The notes under the pieces: generated by a model
The model's input: the letters and a program-made list of their open reading frames with translations, nothing else
Told to the model about the DNA's origin: nothing
Databases searched by the model: none
Assembly (NCBI GenBank): GCA_045106895.1
Contig: JBGCFM010000210.1
Coordinates: 1-33,882, forward strand
Direction of reading: 5' to 3'
Origin: Polyangiales bacterium
Lineage (GTDB): Bacteria; Myxococcota_A; Polyangia; Polyangiales; Houyiibacteriaceae
Length of the DNA: 33,882 bases
Part shown: piece after piece, positions 1-9,886 of the stretch
Position numbering within the stretch: position 1 is the stretch's first letter
Layout: the number at the start of each line of letters is the position of its first letter
Translations under genes and position numbers: made by a program

Positions 1-329
1 CCCGAAAGGAGGAGCGCCGACGCTTCATTCTCATCTTTCGAGTGGCAAGTTCACCATGCATGTCGGAGCTGCTCACTTCTCTATTGCGCGATGGAGGTAC
101 GCCGGGACGGGAGAGACCTTGTGTCGCCGCAAGGGGCGGCGACACAAGCCAGCCGAATGGCCTTGGGCCCACGCGGGCCCACCCCGAACCGGACGGACTT
201 AGAGAGCGAATTCCGAGACGGAACCCCGAGCGGATCACAGAGACCCAGCGAAGCGTTGTGCCCGCCCCGAACCGAACGTGATTCCTGGAGCCGAATTCGA
301 CAGGAAAACAGGAGCCAGCGAAGTGTCGC

Positions 330-887
330 CTACTCCCCGAGAACTTTCATGAGTCCCGCCTCGTCGACAATCGTGATGCCGAGGCCCTCCGCCTTGTCGA
401 GCTTCGAGCCGGCGTCTGTTCCGACGAAGAGGATGTCTACGTTCTTCGAGACTCCACTTCGCACAGTGGCCCCAAGGGCCGTGAGCTTCAGCTCCGCTTC
501 TTTGCGCTTGATCCCCATTTTACCGGTGACGCAGACGTTCTTTCCGCTCACCGACGTGACCTTGCCCTTCGCGAGACTCTTAGCCTTGGTCACCTTCGCT
601 TCCTTGGCGTCCTTCGCTTTCTTGACGACCTCTTTCGCCTTCGACGCCGCCTTCGCGCCACCGCCCGCAAGGATCGTCATCAGGGCTTCTTCATCCATGA
701 TCTCAATGCCGAGCTGTTGCGCTTTGGCGAGCTTCGAGCCTGCATCGGTTCCAACGAAGAGGATGTCCACGTTCTTGGAGACGCCGCTCTTGACCGTCGC
801 GCCGAGTTCCGTGAGCTGCGCTTCCGCCAGGGAGCGCTTGATCTCCATCTTGCCCGTCACGCATACCGATTTTCCTGAAACGCTCAT
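330..887 (-). CDS. Tandem BRCT-domain protein (two LigA-C-terminal-like BRCT repeats, Lys/Ala-rich linker)
   Basis: Two near-identical repeats SGKxVCVTGKM...LGATVxSGVSKNVDILFVGTDAGSKLxKAxxLGI; ATG at 887 preceded by AGGGGG. Confidence 0.85.
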   Translation of the reverse strand: MSVSGKSVCVTGKMEIKRSLAEAQLTELGATVKSGVSKNVDILFVGTDAGSKLAKAQQLGIEIMDEEALMTILAGGGAKAASKAKEVVKKAKDAKEAKVTKAKSLAKGKVTSVSGKNVCVTGKMGIKRKEAELKLTALGATVRSGVSKNVDILFVGTDAGSKLDKAEGLGITIVDEAGLMKVLGE

Positions 888-1006
888 CGCCAATCCCCCT
901 GTTTGTTCGGCTCTCTTGAGTGCGGCCGACTTGTCCGGAGGGAGCATACAAGCTGCGGGCTCCTCGCCGCTAGGCTTGAGCCGCGCGCATGCCCTAGAGT
1001 TGGGTT

Positions 1007-1714
1007 GTGCATCGACCTCTCGGACGAAAGGCGTACACGTCGATCCCGCACCTGCCGGGTTCGCGAACTGCCGGAGACCGTCACATCTCACTTCGCCAAG
1101 CCGAACGTCTGACGTGTGAGGCGCCTCGCGGTTTCGAGGTCGTGGTGCAAGAGAAGCTCGACGGTTCGTGCGTAGCGGCGGCGCGAATCGGCGACGACAT
1201 CGTTGCACTGGGCCGAGCAGGCGACCTGGCGGCGGAGTCACGCAACGCGGGCCGGCGCTTGTGGGCTGCCTGGGTCCACGAGCATCAAGGGCGCTTTCGA
1301 GCGTTGCTTCGGCCGGGGGAGCGGCTTGTCGGAGAGTGGCTGGCCCTCGCGCATTCCACTCACTATTCCCTCGTCCATGAGCCTTTCGTCGCCTTCGATC
1401 TGATGAGCGAGGCTGAACGCCTGACGTCGCTGGCGCTTGGACGGCGACTCCGGCAGACTGGCTTTTGTCTGCCTCACGAAGTTCACCGAGGGGATGCACT
1501 GGCCGTTCCCGCGGCCCTCACGATGCTAGGCCATGGCGGCCACGGCGCGATGGAGCCGCCCGAAGGGCTCGTCTATCGCTTGGAGTCCGAGGGAGCCGTG
1601 GCCCTCATCGCAAAACACGTTCGCCCGGGGAAGGTCGATGGCAGCCTTCTCGAGGAAAACACGGGGAAACCGCCGGTCTGGAACTGGCATCCCGACTTCA
1701 ATGAGCCTCGATGA
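1007..1714 (+). CDS. ATP-dependent RNA ligase family protein (Rnl2-like nucleotidyltransferase domain)
   Basis: KAYTSIPHLPGS N-terminus, motif I EKLDGS, GEW, FVAFDL, EGLVYR, AKHV. Confidence 0.8.
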   Translation: MHRPLGRKAYTSIPHLPGSRTAGDRHISLRQAERLTCEAPRGFEVVVQEKLDGSCVAAARIGDDIVALGRAGDLAAESRNAGRRLWAAWVHEHQGRFRALLRPGERLVGEWLALAHSTHYSLVHEPFVAFDLMSEAERLTSLALGRRLRQTGFCLPHEVHRGDALAVPAALTMLGHGGHGAMEPPEGLVYRLESEGAVALIAKHVRPGKVDGSLLEENTGKPPVWNWHPDFNEPR

Positions 1715-2847
1715 TCCACTTCATCACATCCAACCGAAAGCGCGCTGAACTCGAACTCCTCTTAGGAGGGCTGCCGCTGTCGTTTACGCGCCTGACCCTT
1801 CCACGGCCGTCGGCGGCGTTGCTCGCAGAGCGGGCACAAGAGCGCGCCGCCTCCGCATTCGCCGAGTTAGGTCAAGGATGCATCGCAGAGGTGACGGAGC
1901 TTCGCACCGCGGCCGGGGGCTTCAGTGGCGCGGACTACAAGAAGGCTCTCGAGCGCGAAGGCGACGAGTTTCACGCACGCATCGCAGGCCCCGCCGTCGC
2001 CGCCGTTGCTGTGGCGTACGTCGACGGCGAACAAACCCTCGTCTTCGAGGGGGCTCTTCACGGCGAGCTCTTGGCCGAACCTCGCGGAAGCGGGGGCATC
2101 GGTTGGGACGGTACATTTCAACCCGAAGACACGACGCAGACCTTGGCGGAGATGCGGCACCACAAGAGCTTCACGAACATGCGCTTGCGGCCTTTTCTTG
2201 AGCTCGCGGACGCACTTCGCGGACGTTCCTTTGGCGGCGTCTTCGAAGCGCATATCACCGTGGCACTCGTAGGAGAGGAGGAGCTCGTTCGCTTCGATGC
2301 GCTCTGCTCGGACCTCGCCGTGAAGTCGATCCATATCGTCCTTCCAAGAGGAGAGATTCGTTTTCAGCCAATGACGAGTAGCTACCATCATGGAGAGCTC
2401 CTCGCCGTTCAGGGTGAAGTGTTTGAGCTGGCGAGGCGCATCGCTGGCGCTGGTTTTGAAGTTACGCGTGCGAAGATCGAAGCCACCGGGAGCAACCGGG
2501 AGATTCCTCAGAGCGACGCGGATGCGGAGAGCTTTCCTCACAACTACTTCGAGTTTCACGTCAAGACGCGCATCGCGCCCAGCGCGGACGCCGGCAAGTT
2601 GGCAGAAGCGGTGAGCCTTCACGGCGCGCACCTCTCGCGCAACGCACGAAAGGTCTTCGCCGACGGGACTCGTCAGCACTTCGTGACGCTGCGGGTGTAT
2701 GAAGCGGGACGTCGCCGTGCCGAAGAGCGCTTCGCGACGCTGCGCGACGCGATTCAACAGGCCGGTTTCGAATGGCGTGAGCCGATTCGTGAGTACACGG
2801 TCTACGATTCAAACGTTAGTGTGGACAAAGGATGGCTCCCGACCTGA
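1711..2847 (+). CDS. HAM1/ITPase-like domain fused to an uncharacterised C-terminal domain
   Basis: IHFITSN, VFEG...G, PRGSGGIGWDGTF.P..TTQTLAEM resemble HAM1; C-terminal FEAHITV and YFEFHVK motifs; ATGA overlap with the ligase gene. Confidence 0.65.
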   Translation: MIHFITSNRKRAELELLLGGLPLSFTRLTLPRPSAALLAERAQERAASAFAELGQGCIAEVTELRTAAGGFSGADYKKALEREGDEFHARIAGPAVAAVAVAYVDGEQTLVFEGALHGELLAEPRGSGGIGWDGTFQPEDTTQTLAEMRHHKSFTNMRLRPFLELADALRGRSFGGVFEAHITVALVGEEELVRFDALCSDLAVKSIHIVLPRGEIRFQPMTSSYHHGELLAVQGEVFELARRIAGAGFEVTRAKIEATGSNREIPQSDADAESFPHNYFEFHVKTRIAPSADAGKLAEAVSLHGAHLSRNARKVFADGTRQHFVTLRVYEAGRRRAEERFATLRDAIQQAGFEWREPIREYTVYDSNVSVDKGWLPT

Positions 2848-3620
2848 AAGAAGCCGCGATGCTCGCCATCGTTGATAGCGCCGCGAGGACGTCGTCGGAG
2901 GTGTTCATCCTTCGCGGTGGGCTCGTCATGCGAGACCTCATCGCGCCACTCCGTCGACCCGTCGATGACGTCGACTTCCTCGCGCTGTGCAGCGACGCCG
3001 AGGCCCGCGAGCGATTGAGTCTTCTCGCTCAACGCAGCGGAGACTTCGAACTCAGCCTTGGTCCCATCGAGCGTATTTGGGAAGAGACGGAGTTTCCCGG
3101 ACTGCGAACTCAATGCACGGCGAGGGGACTCGGCGGAGCGCTCGTCGTGCAGATCGACGTCGGCTTTGGTGACCCAAGAGCGGCGCCGGAGAGGCAGCTG
3201 AAACTCCCTGGAGCCCACGAGGCGATCGCGGCCGTCGCTCTTGAGACCATGCTCGCTTGGAAGATTCACGGCATCTTCGAGCGAGGCGACGGTGCGTGGC
3301 GCGCGAAGGACTTGATCGATGTGCACGACCTGGCGGAGCGCTGCGTGGATGAGGCCACAGCGGTGCGTTGTTTGGCGTTGGCGTTTGAGTCGCGGAGCGA
3401 CGACTTTTCGATCTGTGAGCGCTTCCTCTGCGGGGACTGGGGCACCAGTCGCGGCAGCCGGCGCAAGTGGCGTCAGTTTCGCCGCAGGCGGACGGAGTTC
3501 GACGCGACGCGTTGCTTCCCCGAGGACCTACAGGACTTTGTTGAGGCTCTGCGAGGACAGGTGGGAGCCCTCATCGCCGCCGCCTCACATTTGCCTCACA
3601 TAACGAGAGACCCACTGTAA
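2832..3620 (+). CDS. AbiEii/DUF1814-family nucleotidyltransferase
   Basis: ILRGG, RxxDDVDF, IDVGFGDP, ETMLAWK, RAKDLID motifs; overlaps upstream gene; alternative start 2859. Confidence 0.8.
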   Translation: MAPDLKEAAMLAIVDSAARTSSEVFILRGGLVMRDLIAPLRRPVDDVDFLALCSDAEARERLSLLAQRSGDFELSLGPIERIWEETEFPGLRTQCTARGLGGALVVQIDVGFGDPRAAPERQLKLPGAHEAIAAVALETMLAWKIHGIFERGDGAWRAKDLIDVHDLAERCVDEATAVRCLALAFESRSDDFSICERFLCGDWGTSRGSRRKWRQFRRRRTEFDATRCFPEDLQDFVEALRGQVGALIAAASHLPHITRDPL

Positions 3621-3649
3621 GCCACGGCATTCTTCGGCGTTTGAGTCGT

Positions 3650-6600
3650 ATGAACGCCCGACTCTTCTGGTTTTTGCTCCTCTGCGCCTGTGGAGCTTCG
3701 ATGAGCCCCCAATCGACACGATTCGCCGGCGGCATGGCCTACGACGAGGAGTCAGCTGCCTCCATGGGAGGAGCCAGCGCGCCGGCGGCGGAGGAAGAGG
3801 GCGACGTCAGCGGGAGTGCGCCACAGAGCTGGCGTCGGCACACGGAGCAAGCGACCTTCGCGCAGGTATCGCTGGGCGGAGGCCACACTCTGGAGCTTCG
3901 GGACGTGCGCGTTTCCGTTCGTGTGGAAGGTCATAGGGCGCGCACCGTTGTCGACCATGTCTTCTACAACCCCCACGCGCGAACTCTCGAGGGCACCTTT
4001 CGCTACTCGCTCCCGCCGGAGGCGACGGTGTCGGGCTACGCGATGTTCCTCGGCACAGGAAGCGAGCAGCCTTCGTTCTTTGGCGACGACGACGAGCAAG
4101 CGATGCGCCGGCGGGAGGCGGCACTCCAAGGAGGCAGCGTCGAGGCGCTGACGCAGTCCGTCGATGAGCGTGACTGGGGCCAGCTTCGCGTGGGGCGCTT
4201 CGTTCGCGCGCAGCAGGGACGTGAAGTGTATGAGAACACGACGAGGCGTAACGTCGACCCAGCGCTGGCGGAGACCGTGGGGCCCAACAGCTTCGAAGCC
4301 CGGGTCTTTCCCATCCAGGCCAACGCCTACCATCGCGTCATCGTCAGCTACGAGCAGACGCTCCCGCGCCTCGGTGACGAACTCGAGTATCTCTTTCCAA
4401 TGCCTGAGGGCGAACTCTCCTCCTTGGACTTCTTGCTTCAGGCAGATGGACAAAGCGTGCGCTCTTTGCGTTACACCGGCGACGTTCGCGGTCACGCCCT
4501 CGGCACCTTCGAGCACCACGTTCGCGTGGAGGGGAACACGCAGCCCGGAGCGCTCTCGTATCGCTTCGGTGTGCGCCATCAGAACGGCGTTGAGGCGCTC
4601 GTAGGCACGGACCCCGTCACGAGCGTGAGCCACTTCGCCCTGCGCGTATCCGCCGACGACACGCTCGGTGGCAACACATCGACGGCTTCCAGCGACGCCG
4701 TTTTTCTCCTCGACACCTCTCTCTCGGAGCACCCGGATCGCTTCAGCATCGATGTCGCGCTTCTTCAGGCCATTCTTCGCGACAACTCGCGCATTCGGAG
4801 GTTCAACGTCGTCACCTTCGACGCCGGCGCGCGCTGGCTCTCGTCCGAGTGGTTGCCAAACTCGGAACAAGGGCGTGCCCGGGCCATGTCGACCATCGAC
4901 GAGGTCCTTCTCGAAGGGGCAACGGACCTCTCCGCCGCGCTCTCCACGCTTCACGCGCCGCCCATGAACGCGAGCGAGAGCGTCGATGTCTTTCTCTTGA
5001 GCGACGGAGCCATCACCTGGGGAGAGCGAGACATCGCGACGCTTGTCGCTCCGCGGCAGTCGCCTTGGAACACAATGCGCACCTTCGCGTACCGCACAGG
5101 CCTGGGCGCGGAGAACACAGATCTGCTCCGTCGCGTCGCGCCGGAAGGGGTCTTCAACTGTCTCTCCATGGACAGCGTCCCAGGCTGCGCCGCGGCTCAC
5201 AACCGTCAGGCGATGCGCATCGAGAGCGTGAGCGTGGAAGGCGTCGGCGAGGGCGCTGAAACCGAAGACGTCCTCATCGCCGGAGGCGCCTCGACCTTCG
5301 CGCCGGGCACGGAGCTCGTCGTTGTGGGTCGCCTTCGCCGACCCGGCGCCGCGCGACTTCGCATTCGTGGTCGCCTCGCCGGACGCGCGATGGAGTGGAC
5401 ACGTTCGGTTCAGCTGCAGCCTACCGGCGAACTCGCGTCGCGCGCATGGGCGGAGGTAGCCGTGGCGCACCTGCTGAGCGGCGGGGACTACTCCCAGGAA
5501 GGTCGCGCGCGCGAAGACCTCGCCGTGTCCATTGGTCAGCACTACCGTGTCCCTTCGCGGGTCACTTCGGTTCTTGTCCTCGAGACAGACGCCGAGTACG
5601 AACAGCACGAGCTCCAGGCAGAGTTTAGCCAATGGAGCCCGGAGACCGTCCCATCCGCGCAGGTGCGCACCTCCTGGAGCCGGCTTCGTCGCGCGCTGGA
5701 AGACGGGGAGAGCCACAACCGTTTGGCGCAGCTCGAAGACGGCCGGATCCTCCGCGAGCTCTCACGCATCGTATCTCAGCGTCCGCGTGCCTTCATTGGA
5801 ACCCCCCGCGACGTACCCCTTGTTCTGCGCTCGGATGTCGGGCGCCGCTATCGCCGCGGGATCACGCGGGACGCGGACAGCGTCGAGCACTTTCGAGATG
5901 AAGCCATTCGGCGGCACGCCGAAGGTCAGACCGGGGCCGCGATCCGCGCGCTCTCGAGTAGCGTGGAGAACGCTCCGACCTCGGCCGAGGTCGCTCGCTC
6001 TCTCGCATACACGCTCATCAGTTGGGGCGAGAACGCGGCGGCGGCGGAGCTGCTTTTTTCGGTCCTCGAGCGGCGCGCCTATGAGCCGCAGAGCTATCGT
6101 GATCTTGCTGGCGCGCTCTGGCTCTACCGTCCGAGCATGACGGCGCTGCTCTTCGAGGCGGCTCTTGCCGGCGAGTGGGACGCGCGCTTTCGCGGGGTGC
6201 TCACCGTCGTCCAAGAAGAGTACGCGCTCTTCGCTCAGGCTTTCATTCGCCAGCAGCCGAACGCGCCTTTGGCGCGCTTCTTACGACAGCGCCAGCAGAC
6301 GCTCGCGCTCCGCGTGCCGGAAGGTGACCTGCGAGTCACGATGACGTGGAACACTGACAACACGGACGTCGACCTCTGGGTCACGGACCCCTCCGGCGAG
6401 AAGTGCTACTACGCGCACCCGGATACGGCGGCCGGTGGACATCTACTCGAAGACGTCACGCGGGGCTTTGGGCCCGAGCGCTTCCAGCTTTCAGACGCGC
6501 CGAGGGGCGAGTACCACGTGCAGGCTCACTACTACGGAAACAACGGAAACCGTCTCGTCGCGGATACCTATGTCACGCTGACGGTGACGCGTTATGTCGG

Positions 6601-6685
6601 GACCGAACAACAGCAGATCACCCGCCATGTGGTGCGCCTGGTCGATGCCGGCGAGGACGTCAGCGTGGCGCGCTTTCGGCTCTGA
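3650..6685 (+). CDS. VIT + vWA + TPR-like + DUF2135/YfaP-like lipoprotein
   Basis: Lipobox-like LLLCAC; VIT (ARTVVDHVFYNP..LEGTFRYSLP); MIDAS-like FLLDTSLS and LLSDG; C-terminal LRVTMTWNTDNTDVDLWVTDPSGE...GFGPE. Confidence 0.8.
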   Translation: MNARLFWFLLLCACGASMSPQSTRFAGGMAYDEESAASMGGASAPAAEEEGDVSGSAPQSWRRHTEQATFAQVSLGGGHTLELRDVRVSVRVEGHRARTVVDHVFYNPHARTLEGTFRYSLPPEATVSGYAMFLGTGSEQPSFFGDDDEQAMRRREAALQGGSVEALTQSVDERDWGQLRVGRFVRAQQGREVYENTTRRNVDPALAETVGPNSFEARVFPIQANAYHRVIVSYEQTLPRLGDELEYLFPMPEGELSSLDFLLQADGQSVRSLRYTGDVRGHALGTFEHHVRVEGNTQPGALSYRFGVRHQNGVEALVGTDPVTSVSHFALRVSADDTLGGNTSTASSDAVFLLDTSLSEHPDRFSIDVALLQAILRDNSRIRRFNVVTFDAGARWLSSEWLPNSEQGRARAMSTIDEVLLEGATDLSAALSTLHAPPMNASESVDVFLLSDGAITWGERDIATLVAPRQSPWNTMRTFAYRTGLGAENTDLLRRVAPEGVFNCLSMDSVPGCAAAHNRQAMRIESVSVEGVGEGAETEDVLIAGGASTFAPGTELVVVGRLRRPGAARLRIRGRLAGRAMEWTRSVQLQPTGELASRAWAEVAVAHLLSGGDYSQEGRAREDLAVSIGQHYRVPSRVTSVLVLETDAEYEQHELQAEFSQWSPETVPSAQVRTSWSRLRRALEDGESHNRLAQLEDGRILRELSRIVSQRPRAFIGTPRDVPLVLRSDVGRRYRRGITRDADSVEHFRDEAIRRHAEGQTGAAIRALSSSVENAPTSAEVARSLAYTLISWGENAAAAELLFSVLERRAYEPQSYRDLAGALWLYRPSMTALLFEAALAGEWDARFRGVLTVVQEEYALFAQAFIRQQPNAPLARFLRQRQQTLALRVPEGDLRVTMTWNTDNTDVDLWVTDPSGEKCYYAHPDTAAGGHLLEDVTRGFGPERFQLSDAPRGEYHVQAHYYGNNGNRLVADTYVTLTVTRYVGTEQQQITRHVVRLVDAGEDVSVARFRL

Positions 6686-6697
6686 ACCCGCTGCGTA

Positions 6698-7639
6698 TCA
6701 ACTCTTGGAGGCCGCGATGCGTCGCTCAAGAAAGTCGACGACGCGCTCGAAGGGCTTCACGTCGAAGTGTTCCGCCACGCTCGGCCGAAGGTTGGAGTTC
6801 GCGTTGACGTCATAGAAGACGAGGCGTCCGTCAGGAGTCTCAAGGTACTCCACACCGCCAACGTCGATGTTGGCGGCCTTGAGGATCTTCTTCGCGGTCT
6901 CCACGGCTGCCGGCGGCACCTCTGGGTAAGGATAGAACTCCACCGGCGGCGTGTTGACGACGGGAACTTCGCAGACGCTCTCTCCGCCTTCGCCCGGGTT
7001 ACAGACCGGGGAGGGGCAGAGGTTGAACTTTCCGTGGGTGACGACGCGCATCGGGTAGAGGAGCTCGCCGTCGAGGACCTCGAGACGAATGATGCCGTGG
7101 CTCGCGTCGTGCGGCAGGTACTCCTGCAAGAGGAAGAGGTTGTCCGGCGCCCAAATGTCGGCGCTGACAAAAGCCTGGCGTAGCTCGTCGGCGTTTTCGA
7201 CGACCTGAATCCGCGCGCCGCTCCCGCCGAGGTCCGGCTTGATCAGCCGAGGCCACGTGTTGTTCTCTTCGATGGCGGCTTCGACGTCGTTGAAGACAAT
7301 GGACTGGGGATGGTCGATGCCGAGCTGTCGACAAAGGGCAACCTGCGCCGCTTTGGAAAGCTCCATCGAGAATGCTTCGGACCCGTTGATGACGTCGCAG
7401 CCGAGGCGCTCCAGGTGACGCATCATGGAGAGCGCCAAGGGCACCGCCCGTTCATTGCCACGGACGTATGCACTTGGGCTGGCTTGGTTGAAGACGACCT
7501 TCGCCAAGGGGGCAGCGTCACTTCCGAAAGCGCATCGCTTGATGTCCACCTTCACGTAGTCGATGCCCCGGGCATCGAGGGCGGAGAAAAGAGGCTCTTG
7601 CCAGAGTGGGTGCTCAAAGAGGATCGCCAAGTCGCGCAT
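6698..7639 (-). CDS. RimK-like ATP-grasp ligase
   Basis: IKPDLGGSGARI, LLQEYLP, GGVEYL...FYDVNANSN. Confidence 0.8.
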   Translation of the reverse strand: MRDLAILFEHPLWQEPLFSALDARGIDYVKVDIKRCAFGSDAAPLAKVVFNQASPSAYVRGNERAVPLALSMMRHLERLGCDVINGSEAFSMELSKAAQVALCRQLGIDHPQSIVFNDVEAAIEENNTWPRLIKPDLGGSGARIQVVENADELRQAFVSADIWAPDNLFLLQEYLPHDASHGIIRLEVLDGELLYPMRVVTHGKFNLCPSPVCNPGEGGESVCEVPVVNTPPVEFYPYPEVPPAAVETAKKILKAANIDVGGVEYLETPDGRLVFYDVNANSNLRPSVAEHFDVKPFERVVDFLERRIAASKS

Positions 7640-7712
7640 CGGACGTCTTTAGTGCCTCATGCGCGGAGTGTCACCCACCCATCCCAACGATCAATACTCG
7701 GGCCCGATGAGT

Positions 7713-8222
7713 TCACCGTTTCGGGCGAGCGCCCCGCGACAGCTCATCCACGCGACGCAGCATCTCCGGAAGCCGGTGCTCTCCGGCCATCGAGGCGATG
7801 CGGCGGGCCGCTGAGTTCGCGCTGCCGGTGCATGTCACATAGAGGGGTTTTGTGGACTTCCCCCGAAGCACCTCCGCCGCCGGCGCTCCGACGTATTCGT
7901 TCTTTGCGACGCCGATCACCTCGACGCGCCCATCCAGAGCTCGCTGAAGGTGTCGGCCGAGACCCGGCTTGCCGCCGCCGAGGTCCACGTAGCCGTCCAC
8001 GATGATCGTCTTCAGATGAAGGCTCTCGTACGCGCGCTTGATGAGGGGCAAGATGCACGGCAGTTCGCGACGAAAGAACTCGCCGGCGGCATAGTCCTCG
8101 ACGACGCCATTGCGCGTGTCCGCCCACTCATGCAGTCGCTCTTTGGCTCTCCACGTCTCGAAGAGCACCGCTCCGGTGATGGCCTCATCGCCAGAGTAGT
8201 GGACGTCCGTCGCTAAGATCAT
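7713..8222 (-). CDS. nfi: Endonuclease V (short form)
   Basis: ILATDVHY, YxxGEFFRRELP, IIVDGY, GLG, IGVAK, KPLYVT, HRLPEMLRRVD. Confidence 0.88.
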   Translation of the reverse strand: MILATDVHYSGDEAITGAVLFETWRAKERLHEWADTRNGVVEDYAAGEFFRRELPCILPLIKRAYESLHLKTIIVDGYVDLGGGKPGLGRHLQRALDGRVEVIGVAKNEYVGAPAAEVLRGKSTKPLYVTCTGSANSAARRIASMAGEHRLPEMLRRVDELSRGARPKR

Positions 8223-8300
8223 GAGTGCAGCTGCATAGTGTTGGCCAGCCGCGTACGGCGCAATGCGCCCGGCGAAGCGAACTTCGCCGGGCGCGCCTGA

Positions 8301-9866
8301 CTACAGAGTGGCGGCATCGATTACCTGTGTCCACGAGGCGCCATCCGCTTGCACGAACTGCCCGACCACGGTGAACACAGCATCGGAGAAACCTCCCACG
8401 TTGAGAACGTCTGGCCGCTGGAGGACTTGGCGGTGGACGTTCGGCGTCAGATCGATGCAGACCAGCTTGGCCTTTGGATTTCGTTTCTTTAGCGTCATCC
8501 ATTGAGACATCATCTCCGTGCCGCGGCTCCAGCCAGAGCGACCCTTCGCGTCCATCCAAGACTCGTTGTCCGAGATGTAGATGAGTACGTCGACCTTGGC
8601 CTTCTCTGCGTTGAGCAGCGCCAGCGGCGCCGAGCAATTCGTTCCTCCGCCGCCGATAGACGCCAGAGCTCCCGCGATGGACATGATGCTGTCCCGTGGG
8701 TTGATCGGCAGCGTCCGAACCTTGTTCTCGAAGGGCAGAACGCGCGCGAGCGGGTTCTTCCGAAGCAGCGCCGCCGAGATCAGACCCGCGACGTCGACGC
8801 AGCGAACCGCCGTAGTGGACCCGCTACGAAACCCCGTCACGGGGCTCTGCATAGAACCAGAAACATCCGGGCAGATCACGACGTGTCCCGAAAGCTCCGG
8901 GATGTTGTGCGTGGCGTGCTCCATGGCGTCCTGAAGCGCCTCGGAGAGACGCGTGGAGAGCCCCTGTGTGCTGTTCCAAGCGACGAGAAGCTGATACGGA
9001 AAGACTTTTGCGCTCCGGACCTCGTCCTCGTCGCCGATGCGTTTCGCCACGAGTTTGATCATCGCCTCGTCATCGAAGACGCCGTGGCGCTGAAACGTGT
9101 TCAGGTTCATTCGTGTCTCGTGCCAACGCGCACGATGCGCGATGTCCGTCCACTCCGTCTTGCCCAGAGGCAGACCTGTGAGCATTCGTGAGGGCACCTT
9201 CGGCACACCTTGAGACTTATCGCCACGCTTCCACGCCTCGTAGTTCAAGACCGCAGCCGGCAGCTTTGAGAGGTCGTGGGGCTTGCCCAGGAGGTAGCCG
9301 AACATAGCCCGCTGCTCGTCGCTTAGAGGCTTCGGGTGAACCATGCGGATCACGTCCGCGAGGGAGGGGTCGTTGCCCACAGAGTCGCGGAAGAGCTGCA
9401 TCGGCGAGCGCTGCTGGAGCCATCGCTGCACGGCCTTCTTTGGCGCGCTGCCCAGAGATTTTCGTCCGAGCTGACCCGAACGAAGGACCTGCACGAAGTT
9501 GCGCAGCATTCGCCCGTTGTCGATGACGCGGGGAAACGCGAGCTTCATGGCCACAAGACCCTCGGGGCCGCGCGTCGCCAAATGCGCCAGAAGCACAGCC
9601 GGCATGTCTTTCATGAATGCGCGCTCGCGTGCGTAGATCGCCGCCTTCGCGACGTAGCGAGCGTCGCACTGAGCGGCGTGCTCCAGGACCACGTCGAGCT
9701 GCTCTTGGCCTGACACGTAGAACGTGCTGCCAAAACAGCCCGTGGCCGCGAGCTGCGCGAGGGCCGTAGGTGAGTCGAGGATGTACGCCGGCGCGCCCGC
9801 GTGATTCATGCTCGTCGTTTTCGGCGCAGCCTTCGCTGCACTTCGGAATAGGGACTTGATGGCCAT
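8301..9866 (-). CDS. rsr: Ro60/TROVE-vWA RNA-binding protein
   Basis: NHAGAPAY, LAQLAATGC..TFY, MKDMPA, MLRNF, PSLADVIRMVHPKP, PYQLL, DVSGSM, GGGTNCS, ISDNESW, VGGFSD; ATG at 9866 after AAAGGA. Confidence 0.93.
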   Translation of the reverse strand: MAIKSLFRSAAKAAPKTTSMNHAGAPAYILDSPTALAQLAATGCFGSTFYVSGQEQLDVVLEHAAQCDARYVAKAAIYARERAFMKDMPAVLLAHLATRGPEGLVAMKLAFPRVIDNGRMLRNFVQVLRSGQLGRKSLGSAPKKAVQRWLQQRSPMQLFRDSVGNDPSLADVIRMVHPKPLSDEQRAMFGYLLGKPHDLSKLPAAVLNYEAWKRGDKSQGVPKVPSRMLTGLPLGKTEWTDIAHRARWHETRMNLNTFQRHGVFDDEAMIKLVAKRIGDEDEVRSAKVFPYQLLVAWNSTQGLSTRLSEALQDAMEHATHNIPELSGHVVICPDVSGSMQSPVTGFRSGSTTAVRCVDVAGLISAALLRKNPLARVLPFENKVRTLPINPRDSIMSIAGALASIGGGGTNCSAPLALLNAEKAKVDVLIYISDNESWMDAKGRSGWSRGTEMMSQWMTLKKRNPKAKLVCIDLTPNVHRQVLQRPDVLNVGGFSDAVFTVVGQFVQADGASWTQVIDAATL

Positions 9867-9886
9867 GGTGTTTCCTTTCGCATTCG

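Noticed and set aside
1..329. Possible gene start at 28 (minus strand) and short repeat CCCRCCCCGAACCGRACG at ~178 and ~261
   Set aside because: Too little context at the window edge to support a call
888..1499. N-terminal extension of the BRCT ORF
   Set aside because: Antisense to the RNA ligase gene; SD supports the start at 887
3752..5716. Long antisense ORFs (also 15242-17317, 19509-20981, 23792-24949, 29465-30877)
   Set aside because: GC-rich shadow ORFs opposite well-supported genes
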